Part shown: positions 41,247-52,427 of the stretch, in pieces
Position numbering within the stretch: the first letter of the stretch is position 1
Layout of the letters: every line of letters begins with the position of its first letter
NCBI GenBank assembly: GCA_012295275.1
Contig: CM022669.1
Location: forward strand, 8,370,001 to 8,434,000
Source: Chrysomallon squamiferum
Lineage: Eukaryota > Animalia > Mollusca
Length of the DNA stretch: 64,000 nucleotides
Direction: 5' to 3'
Notes under the pieces: model-generated
Seen by the model: the letters and a program-made list of their open reading frames with translations, nothing else
What the model was told of the DNA's origin: nothing
The model's database searches: none
Position numbers and translations under genes: made by a program

Positions 41247-41719
41247 CAACACACACACAAAAAAACCCCACTAAAAGACAAACACATGCACACATATACA
41301 CATATATACATATATGTACTGACATATATTTGACCTAAAATTACATTTTGTTCATTTACATTTAGATTTTTGCCAAGAACATACTTTTTTTTTTAAACAG
41401 CTAATTAGGAACTTAAATCTGTTGCCACAGCTGTTACTAATAGCAACAGCTGCCTTTTAAATCTGCATCAGCAAAGAACAGATGTTGATGTATAAATTAA
41501 GATATCACTAAATGGTAATATTATACATGTATACAGTGGTTAATGAGCATTCAAAAAATTAGTAACTGATGCTGGTGGCATATATTTTTTTATGTCATGT
41601 TAAGGAATATATAAAAATATCAGTGAAATATCATTTATAGGCAATAAATATATAATTAAAAAAATAAAAAATATATTTAAAAAAAAAAATTAATGAGACC
41701 ATTATTATGCATTTTTCTT

Positions 41720-42135
41720 TACTACTACTACTACTACCACCAACTACTCTTTTGCTGTTGTTGTTATTGTTATTGTTATTTTCATTATCATCTATAATCA
41801 TTATCATCATCATCATCGTCATAATTATTATCATTATCATCATCATTACCTTGGTTATCATTATTATTACTGCTCTTGTTTTTGTTACTATTACTATTGT
41901 TATTATTATTATTATATTATCATTATTATTATTATTATCATTATCTTTTATTATTATTACTATTGTTATTATTATTACTGTTATTATTATTATTATTATT
42001 ACTATTTTTATTATTATTGTTATTATTATTACTATTGTTATTATTATTATTACTGTTTTTATTATCATTATTATTATTACTATTATTATTATTATTATTA
42101 TTATTCTGTTATTATTATTACCGTTTATTATTATA
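41720..42135. repeat. Degenerate (ATT/ATC/ACT)n tract
   Basis: Direct reading. Confidence 0.95.
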
Positions 42136-42825
42136 ATCTGTTTAAATGCACTGTAAAAAGGTGTTCTGATATTAATGGCAGTTTTGTGAAATAAACTGTG
42201 TTAAATATATGCTCATAACACACACATGAATTCATTTGGAGGTTTATTGAGTTTAATGCACGTCTGTAACTTTATTTATGTTTATGGCTGTGTTATGGAA
42301 ATTAATTGTGTTAAATATATGTATACAGAAAATGTATGAATGCAGATACCTAATGTATATTTAAGTGTATAATAATAAGCTAAATAATGATAATGGTCTG
42401 GTATTATTTTTTTTTTTTTTTTGAAAATATGCCTATAAATGTATATTAATAAAAAAATAATAATAATAAAAAAATAAAAATGATAAAGAAATAAGAAAAC
42501 CCAGTGAGATAATAAATAAAGAAATAAAATTAATTTTATTTTGAAAAGTTTATATTGCTATAAATACATACAGATTCAGCAATGAATTTAAAAATGTCCC
42601 TCCATCCATCAGTTCAAATTTAAATAAATTAAAAAAAGTCTCTTCAACATGCTTTGTTTCAACTTCGTGAAAACAAACAAAAACAGACAAAAACATTTTT
42701 ATTTCAAATCCTCAGTTAATTAGTCTCTCATTTCTCTTCCTAATTTTAGAAAGAAAAACAAAACAAATCTTTTCCGTCATTAGGATTCTGCCATTTTTCT
42801 TTAACAATGCAGAATTGAAAGCAGA

Positions 42826-42986
42826 CAATGCATGGATCTAGGGGGGGGGGGCGCCATGACATCCCTTCCACATTCTTAACAATTAACTGTTTGTCTTCTT
42901 TATAACTGAATATACTTCACTTTTAAAAATTTAGACTATTTTCAAGATAAAGTACCCCCTGTTTTATAAATGTTGATCTGCCCCTG
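42826..42986. mobile_element. Possible decayed MITE with GGATCT/GATCTGCCCCTG-type termini
   Basis: The left end CAATGCATGGATCTAGGGGGGGGGGG and the right end TTGATCTGCCCCTG form a degenerate TIR pair; a similar right end, CCCTGGATCTGCCAGTG, lies at ~1282-1298. Confidence 0.35.
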
Positions 42987-43192
42987 ACAACTGATGTATT
43001 TGTATTTTATTCCCCTGAGTATTATGATTAAACTAATCAGAGTAATGAAATGATAGAAATTTTTTTTTTTTTTTTTTTTTACTGCATGATTGACATGAAT
43101 GTAATTATAATTTTTTATAGCTAAATAAAAAAAAAAAAAAAAAAGAAAAGCCCACTCAAAGCATACTGATAGAATTGTGGTATAAAATATCA

Positions 43193-43392
43193 CTGGTCAC
43201 AGGATCAATTCACTATGATTCTCTCACTTGACTATTTCCAACACCAGCCATTGCTCCATGTCTGCTTTATCAAAAGGACATACTATGTTTTTAATTTTTT
43301 TACCTAATGAGAAGGTACAAATAGAAGATTACTTATTGCTAACTGGTAAGAGTAGCCCATGGCGTGATGACATTTAAGGTTTCTTTTCTAAA
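43193..43392 (+). mobile_element. Decayed tRNA-headed SINE copy
   Basis: GGTCACAGGATCAATTC..CTATTTCC..CCAGCCATTGCTCCATG..TATCAAAAGG..GAAGGTACAAATAGAAGATTACTTATTGCTAACTGGTAAGAGTAGCCCATG..AGGTTTCTTTTCT. Confidence 0.65.
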
Positions 43393-43870
43393 ATCATAGC
43401 TTCACTTATATCCTTGATATATAATAACCTTTAACATTAAGGTATGTTAAATATTATTCCAGTGTAATGTGTTATATAATTATATATATCTAGTGTTTTT
43501 CTCTAACTGTTAAAACTTTTAATAATTTCTAGTCATGCAGTGTTAATTCTTATTGATGTAAAACATTAAATTATCCAAAAAATACTTTTAATAACAAATG
43601 ATATTACCTACTAATATATAGATATATCAATATAGATATGCATACACACACACACACACACACATGCATATTGATATAGACATCTACCTACAAAAGACTG
43701 AGAAAAAAAATCTTTTCAGATCATTCATACTTGAAATATCTAGTGTACTGATATGTATCTGGAAATATATACAGAGTAGAGAAGTAGGGTCTATCTTGAA
43801 GTAAATATAATAAATTGTAATTTATCTACAGATAATGCACGAAACTAGAATATTTAATATGATGAAGGAT

Positions 43871-44066
43871 ACCTGTAAACAAATATCAAAATAATCTGTA
43901 AACAAATATCAAAATAACCTGTAAACAAATATCAAAATAACCTGTAAACAAATATCAAAATAACCTGTAAACAAATATCAAATAACCTGTAAACAAATAT
44001 CAAAATAATCTGTAAACAAATATCAAAATAACCCTGTAAACAAATATCAAACTAATCTGTAAATAA
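43871..44066. repeat. 23-bp minisatellite (ACCTGTAAACAAATATCAAAATA), 8-9 copies
   Basis: GTAAACAA at 43875, 43898, 43921, 43944, 43967, 43989, 44012 and 44036. Confidence 0.97.
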
Positions 44067-45023
44067 AATCACCTGCAAAATAAATATTTTTTGCGTCCCC
44101 TGTTGTTGTTGTTTTTTCTGTGACAATGAACTGTAAACCACTTTCAGAAACTGGATCCTGGTTATCCAGTTTCAAGATGATCACTATAAAATATTCAACT
44201 CTACACTGAGCTCACTGAGCTGTGCCAGTCACATTTTATGAGTCTGGTATCAAACAGGTGAAAATATATGACTAGCATCTTACAGCAGGAATATAACATG
44301 TCTATATCTCGTATTTCACGAACGTGATTATCTTAAGTGAAAAACACCGGATTTAACATTTCATATGTGTGTGCATGTGCAAATGTGTACTTAATAATCC
44401 ACATGTTTGTGATTTTGCATATATGTAACATGCATGTTGAATAAATGTGTGTGTGTGTGTGTCAGTGTGAAATATATGCACATGCTTTGATATTTGTATG
44501 ATAACTTATATTAAGTTTTATGTATTTTTATATATATATTTGTATGTACCTAATCTATCTAGTCATTTATTGATCTATCCATCTACCTAATAACTTCTGT
44601 TAATTATTTTAAAATACACACACACACACACACACACAGAGACATGTATTCATACACAACTATTAGGACTATTGTGTACAGCTGTGTATAAACGTGAGAT
44701 GTATCTGTTTTTCAGTTGTTATAAAAGCTGACTGCTGCTAACACGAGAGATCACACAGAGAGAAAACAGTCTATCACTGGTAAACCTTCATCACAGCCAG
44801 TCATAACCTCTCCTCTGTAACACAGAGAGTGAGTGGGTGCCAGGACACTGCGATAGAGAATATCCTGTGGTACTCAGTAGCCAAGAGTGATTCTCCGTAA
44901 CACTCTGTAACAGAGAGGGAGGGATTCTTTCTCCTGTAACACAATGTAACAGAGAGGGAGAAGGATTCTCCATAATCCTCTTAATTGGAGGGGCTCTCCA
45001 AAAGCACTGCATAACCAAGTGGG

Positions 45024-45057
<34 letters not shown>

Positions 45058-45725
45058 CTTGTTAAATTCTCTACATCTTCGTGCAGTGGTTTTGTGTAAT
45101 ATTAGCTCTCTTTATATGATACCCACAACCAAGGTGCTTTTGCAATTTGCATACCAAGAAGTTTTTATGTAACGACAATAAAAATAATAATAATAATAAA
45201 AGAAATACCAGAGAAATCTTCATAAAAACTGAAGTTTTACAAGACCCTATTGTAGAGAGGGGGGGTCTCTACAAGACATTCTTAGAGAGAGAGAGAAGAA
45301 TCTTTTGAAAGCTCATCATACAGAGAGAGAGGGATTTCGTCTAAGATTCCAGTGGAGAGAGAGAGAGGTTTCTCTCTAAACGTCGGCTGTATGGTTGTTA
45401 TGTTGCTGTGTTTTCAAGGATTCATTCATCATCTGCGAGTTGTGAAATGAAGAATAATTCAGGAGTTAAATGGAGTGTGCTTTTTTACGTGCTCCAAGTT
45501 AGCGGATTGTTGTCAAGCTGTTGATGTTATCGCATGCTGTGAAAATCATCGACAGTTGGGAGAAGTTTTAAAAAGTCTTTACTTGTTGCAACTCATGTTT
45601 CAAATTGTGTGATGTGAAAAAAAAAAAAAATAAAAAAAAAAAAAAAAAAAGGAGGAGATCTTCTGATTAATTTTGTGAACAATTGGTAAGTTTGTTTCTT
45701 AATTATCAACTTATTCAAGTCAGAG

Positions 45726-45756
<31 letters not shown>

Positions 45757-46789
45757 AATAAATGAATGAATAAACAAGCAAATAAATAAATAAATATATA
45801 TATAAAAAATTATATGAATAAATATATAAATAAATAAGGTTTACATGAATGAAATAAATAATTAAAAAATTATGATAAGCAATATATAAATACATACATA
45901 CATACATATGTACATATATACACATACATACACATATGTATGTACATGTATGTATGTTAATATTGTTACAAAACGTAGCTAAGTAATTTTAGCTACATTT
46001 TGTTTTGCCAACAATAATAAAACCAAAAATAGTACCTTTTTTAATTTATTTTTTTATATGTGGAGTAACATTTGTTAAATTTCCTTTATAAAAAATTAAT
46101 TTTGTTTATCTTTATTTAAATAAAAACTGACAACAGGAAACATTTTATAATTGCTAATTACTGTAAAGAAATAAGAAAAAACGGTAGACTGATTTAGCTA
46201 AATGTATACAAAATTTATTCAACCCTGATTCATTTGTATACACACACATATCTGTGTACACAAACACACTTAAAATTTTCATTACCAAAGATAATCTTTT
46301 TTCTTTATTTTAAAATCAAATGCAATTCACAGATCAATAATAAAAAATAAAAATTTAAAAAAAAATTATATTCTTCCTCTTTTAAACATTTATAAAAATT
46401 GACAAGACAGTTTAAATGAAGCATTATTCTTTAATGAAATCAAAACAAAAACAAAAGAAATCCTGATTTTTATTAATTTTAATTACAGACAATGTTTCTG
46501 TATTTTAGAAGAGTAGAAACAGAATGTGTTAAGTCTATATTGGCCCTTATTTATTTTTTATTATTATTATTTTTTTACTTTTTAAGAACTATTTGGATTA
46601 ATCTGCTAATACTGATACATTTTACTCTCATCTAATTAGATAGATTTTCACCAGAACACACTGCAGTGCTTTAACAGTGATTAGAAAAATCACTTCTTTT
46701 TTTTTCTCTCTATTTTTTTACTTTTTTTTCTGATCGACAAGAATACCTGTACTTTGCCACAATTGCAATGGAAATTGGTAAAAAAAAAT

Positions 46790-46995
46790 TCAATATTGGT
46801 TTTTACGAGAGCCTCAGTAACTCGTGTAACTGACAGAAACACAGCACTGAGTGTTATTTCGCGGGTCCTGACCGGATTTCACTCTTCTCTCGTAGACTCC
46901 AGTCCACTGTTGAAGCACCGCAGCGTGCACAGATCTGTGGGGATCACGGTTTTAATCTCTTCTTTAGTGGCGTTTTTAATGGCCGTTTTGAGAAT
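46790..46995. promoter_or_regulatory. Local CpG/GC-rich island (candidate enhancer or promoter)
   Basis: About 11 CpG in ~200 bp inside an otherwise CpG-poor, very AT-rich domain, 1.1 kb upstream of the exon candidate. Confidence 0.3.
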
Positions 46996-47829
46996 CATTA
47001 ATAGCTTTCTATATCCGTTTTTTTCTTTTTTAAATGTTTTCTAATGAGATTTTTTTTTATATATTAGCTTATTTATGAACAGAAGTTGGTTAAATATTTA
47101 TTTATTAATTCTTTTTTTCGTTTACTTTTTTTTTTTTTTTTTTTTTTTTATAGCACAATTTTTGTTAAAATGTACTTTTACAAAATACCAAAATAAGATT
47201 TAACAATGACAGTTTTTAACTTTAGAAGAATTTTTCAACTATAATTGTTTTTTTATTTTGTTTTTTTATCTGTACAAATGTGACTGATGTTAAGAAAATA
47301 AACATAAATTACACTTAATATTTGTGTAAACTAGAGAGAACAAGAATTCTAAAATACAGTTAGTCTTTAAAACTGGTATTAAAATGACTGCTAATGCTTT
47401 CCACAGTATCTAAACTGAACAGTGATTTAAACCATGAAGCTAAAATCTAGAAACATTAAATAATTATTTAAGTTCAAATAGAATATTTTGAAATTATTGA
47501 AATGTTACATTATTATTATTTTTTTTTTTTGTTATAAAACTGATGGTGTTGTTTATATAAGCTAAACAGAATGTATTTACTAAAAACATGGAAATGTAAG
47601 GATTATTTTGTTTTACATATATTTTTTTTTAAAAGAATATTTTTAAACATTTGAAATATGCAGTAATGTTTTTTTTTTTTATTATAAACTGCTATTATTA
47701 CATATATATTTAAGGTTAAAAAATATTCTGTTTTTCAAAAATAATTTAAATCATATATGTATGCATTACAAAAATTCAGAAACATTCAAATAGTCATTGT
47801 TCACATTACAGTAGCAGAATATATTTTTT

Positions 47830-48111
47830 TAATACATGTATCAGTGACAAAACTATTTAAATTTTTTTAATACACATATCAGTGACATAATTATTTAAAT
47901 TTTAATTAATAATACACATACCAATGACATAATTATTTTAGTTTTAATTATAATACACATACCAATGACATAATTATTTAAGATTTAATTATAATACACG
48001 TACCAGTGACATAATTATTTAAGTTTTAATAATAATACACGTTTTAATTATGATTCACATACCTGTGACACACTTGTTCAAGTTTTAATTATGATAGATG
48101 TGGTGTTACAG
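47830..48111. repeat. Degenerate 41-bp minisatellite ending at a splice acceptor
   Basis: AATACAC at 47911, 47952 and 47993 (period 41); the last degenerate unit runs into GTGTTACAG at 48103-48111. Confidence 0.85.
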
Positions 48112-48296
48112 GTGGTTGCAGGGATGGACTGTAGGGGATTACTTTCTATCAGTGTATTTGTGAGTTTGTGTGGATTTATTCTCACTGACTGGAAGGATAC
48201 CACTGATGATGAGAATAAGACAAAGTAGAGGACCGCAGGCTGACCTCGTTGTGTTGTCCTTGCTCAATGTTCTACTCCAGCTATGTCTCGTTGTAG
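48112..48296 (+). other. Candidate internal exon (185 nt), probably mostly 5' UTR, possibly carrying a start codon (ATG at 48283, M-S-R-C, phase 2)
   Basis: Acceptor TTACAG|G, donor TAG|GTAAGT, and an abrupt rise in GC/complexity between two AT-rich tandem arrays. No frame is open end to end, and the polypyrimidine tract is weak. Confidence 0.5.
48124..48228 (+). CDS. Hypothetical 34-aa uORF/micropeptide MDCRGLLSISVFVSLCGFILTDWKDTTDDENKTK
   Basis: ATG in a good Kozak-like context (GGGATGG) inside the exon candidate; hydrophobic N-half and charged C-half. No homology recognised. Confidence 0.15.
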   Translation: MDCRGLLSISVFVSLCGFILTDWKDTTDDENKTK

Positions 48297-48822
48297 GTAA
48301 GTGAACGGCTGACATTTTGATTTAAATAACTAGTTGACATATTTTATGTAACAGGTTGACATATTTTGTGTCACTGGATGACATATTTTATGTAAGTAAA
48401 TGGTTGACATATTTTATGTAAGTAACTGGTTGACATATTTTATGTAAGTAACTGGTTGACATATTTTATGTAAGTAGCTGGTTGACATATTTCATGTTTT
48501 GTAAGTAACTGGTTTACATCTAATTTTTTTGTAAGTAAATGGCTGATATATCTCTCTTTAGATAAGTAAATGGTTGCTATGTCTCAATTTATTTATGTGA
48601 ATGGTTGCTATGTTTTGCAGGTAAGTAAAGAGTTGTTATATGTCATTTTATGTATGAAAATGCTTGTTATGTCTTATTTTATACAAGTTAATGGTTGCCA
48701 AGTGTCTAGTTACCTTTACTGGATGTGTAACAATAACCACATCACTGTAGATAAGTAAAAGGTTGTTGATCATTGTATGTAAGTAAACACTACTTATGTC
48801 TCATTGAATGTCAGTAAACATT
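48297..48822. repeat. 26-30 bp minisatellite derived from the 5' splice-site region
   Basis: Unit GTAAGTAACTGGTTGACATATTTTAT; GTAAGT at 48297, 48392, 48418, 48444, 48470, 48501, 48531, 48621 and 48779. Confidence 0.88.
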
Positions 48823-49658
48823 AACACAAACTTGTGTGGAACAGTCATTATCCTGAATCCAAAAGAAAATCTTTGAAAATGATTTGTTTGGTATGAAGAA
48901 TGACTTGTATATATGTAGCGTAATTATTATAGCTTTACTGAATCTGTTTTCTTACAAATAAACCACAGACAGAACTTCCTGGTTGTCCTCAGTAACTGGA
49001 TAGTCAACCTGTATACTAAACAAAAACCAAGATATCCAACAATGTTTGTTGTCATGGATACAGCTGTTTGAAGTCAAGTGTGATATAACAAAGACACAAA
49101 AATTGAAACTGTGAATTAATTCTGCTTCACAAAATAATAGTTACTTTCACATCATTGATTTGTATCTCCTGAATCAATCATTTGCTGCAATATTTATGAA
49201 CATATTTAATGATGCCTAACTTTTTTGTTCAGTGTATAAAACACATGAGCAGTTGCTGTGGTTAATATGACAGTCTATAAACTAAACTATCAACTTTCAG
49301 AAGATGAACAGTGTGATTACATACTGAGAGCAAACACAAGAGTATCAGAACTGTTTAACCCTGTTCTTCTCCGTTACTAATCTCTCCACACTTTAATACT
49401 GGACTGTTAGAACAAACTGTTTTCTGCTTGATCCATGGTTTTGACATTTAAACATAGGATGGAGATACAGTGAAGAGATCAGTCTATTTCCAGTCACAGC
49501 AGTTTTCCATCAGTGGTTTATTGAATTTGGCGATACTTGCTTTTCTGTCTGTGGGAAGGTGTTTGATAAACAGTACTTGTTGCTTAGTGAATAAGAGTAG
49601 ACAATGGCATGACAGGACCTTATTTTCTGTCTCATTATTTTGTATTGTTTATATATGA

Positions 49659-49699
<41 letters not shown>

Positions 49700-51667
49700 A
49701 TGTGTTTTAATAATGGGAAGAACTGGTTTTTAAATACATTTCTTCCATCAAATTGCCTTCAGCCAGTGCTCTCTGGCTCTTGCTATTATATTATCCATGA
49801 AAAAGATTATTTATAAAATTAAAAAAAGAAAAGAACAAAATGTTTTAATAATTAGTAGAAAGAGGTTGACTGAATTGCTGTATGAGGGTGGCTATTATGT
49901 TGCATGGATGAAATGTTTTACTTTTATAGAAAAGTTGATGATAAAACATAAACACACGAGTGAACGGGTACCCAATCAATAAACGATCAAAAATAAAATG
50001 TCAAATTATGAAAAGAAAACTAGACAGATTTGAATTTGTCAAACAGAATCTTAAGTAGTGAAGTTAAAAACATCAATTGTAAATTATTTATTAACAGTAA
50101 ATGCTGTGTTTGTTGTGGACGTCCATAACAAGAGAAATGTCAGTGAATTGATGTAATTTACATCCCACAGGACATGAAGAATTACTTTAACTTCCTTTCT
50201 TGTTCCATGTAAAGACTTGCATTTTCAAAGGCAGACTTGCTATGTGTGTGAATTTTAAATTTACTGTGTTGTACAATACAAATGGAAGCTATGCTTTAAA
50301 ACTGTAGTTTAGCCAAATGTTATTTAAAACTTTTTTTTTTCTTTCATGTCTTTATTCTTTATTTTTTTTTTTTTTCTCTGCATTTTTTTTCACCGTATTT
50401 ATCTTTTTCTCTCTCTTTTGTTTTTAATATGATTTATTATTTTATATTTTATAAATTTATAAACTAAATCCCTGCAATAATAAAAAAAAAATACTGCAGG
50501 AAATCAAACATTAACTTTGATTAATTGCGCCTACAGGGAAAACATATTATTTCCATCCATCCATGTCTTTGCCAATAAACACAAACAAACTTTCAGTCCA
50601 CGTTCTTCTCCTTTCAGTCCATAATAGAAACATTTCAGACATGGAAAAAAAGAAAGCAAAAAAGAAAAAGAAAAGAAAATGAAAATCGCAAAAAAACATA
50701 TCATAGTCTCCTTTCTGCTGCTCGGTAAATATACATATGTAATTACCAGTGGAGCGAAAAATAAAATGTATTTTGGGACCTCTCTCGAGGGACTATTTTT
50801 GACTGGTTCATGGTTGCCTGCTAACAACAGCAGAATAAAAGCTTCTGGTATTAAATACACATATCCGAGTGATCAGTCTACGTTTGATTTTTTTGTATTT
50901 ATTTTGTCGTCTGTATCAAAAAGTTGGAGATAAAATTTATTTCCGAGCTTTTGCGTGAAAAGAAGCAATTTATAGAGCAAATATTTGAGCAGCTCTGTCA
51001 AATGAGATGGGATTTTTGTGCTGTAAGAGTAATTTTTCCTTCGAGTATTTTTTTTTTACCTCAGCTTCAGTTTTCGGAAACGTAAAAGCTCAAGATCTAC
51101 AAATAATTAAAATCTATGTATAACAAGCACTAGTTATCTGTGAATGAACTGCGAACACACACACACACACACACACATCAGGAATAGAAATATCTATAAA
51201 AGATTTACTTGGCTTGTCTTTAGTTTGTTAAGTTTGCTTCAGCTATAAATAAATAGTTGCAGAGATTCTTGGGTAATAAAATTTTGACCCACGTAACGAT
51301 CGCTGATTGAAAATTGAGTTACTGAAAATTGGTAAGTTCAGTGCAGTCTTGTGTACACTGTATCATGTGGAAGAGAAGTTTTTATAAGCTGTATTGATTG
51401 GTTGAATGGTTTCAGAATCTGGTTCACAGTTTTAAGCGTACTTTTTAATTTTAATTTTAAATCTTTTTTTTTTTTTGTTCTGATTGGATGGTTCCAGAAT
51501 TTGGTTCAAAATTACAGGTAACTTTTTTTTTATTTTAATTTTAATTATTTTTATTATATTATTTTTTATTGTATTGTATTGTATTTTTATTTCATTATAC
51601 TTACCTATTTATTTATTTATTTATTATTTTTATTATTATTATTTTACTTTTTTATTTTTATATATAC

Positions 51668-51705
<38 letters not shown>

Positions 51706-51983
51706 ATGGTTTGAGAAATTAACTGACAAATAGGAAGGTCACTGACAGGAAAAGTCTGATTTTTATCTCACTCATTTGGAATACAAAAACCATTCTCTGA
51801 TAATGCAGGAAACTTTCAAACAGACACCATAAATTCGATCTCATAATTAGTTACACAGTGATCTCAGTCCACTGAGTTGGATCATGAAGTCCTCTCACAC
51901 AGAGCAGTTCCACACACAGATTCCAAAGATTTTTATCTCTATTACTTAACACTAGACACAGTCTGTATTGTTGTAATTTTTTG

Positions 51984-52096
51984 GCCCAGTGTGTTTTGGA
52001 AGAGGAAATCGCCCACTGAGTCTAATGAAGCAATTTGATCCTGTAACGTATAGCACTGTGGACTGCCAGTGATGAACCACTGAGCCGTATCCTGTT
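51984..52096 (-). mobile_element. Decayed SINE 5' part (A box, B box) on the minus strand
   Basis: The reverse complement reads CAGGATACGGCTCAGTGGTT..ACAGGATCAAATT..ACTCAGTGGGCGATTTCCTCTTCCAA, matching the head-to-core order of the + strand copies. Confidence 0.55.
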
Positions 52097-52235
52097 TTTT
52101 AATGGTGTGGACAGCTGGTTAATTAGACTAGCTAGCACGTTATCTGTAAATTACAAACACAGCACTGGAACCCTGAGATTGTTACAGTTATCTCTGTCTG
52201 TGAACATTCAAGCATGTTTGTCGTGAACACAACAG

Positions 52236-52271
<36 letters not shown>

Positions 52272-52371
52272 ATGCATCTGCCTGTGTTTGTATTTAATCA
52301 TGCGTGCTATATAGTAGGTGTGGCACCATAAAATGCCTATAATAATCAGTACTGGTAGTTACAAGTTAATT

Positions 52372-52427
<56 letters not shown>

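Noticed and set aside
41631-42156. Hydrophobic poly-Ile/Leu membrane-protein-like ORFs (also at 4166, 7776 and 21099)
   Set aside because: Translations of (ATT)n/(AAT)n repeats.
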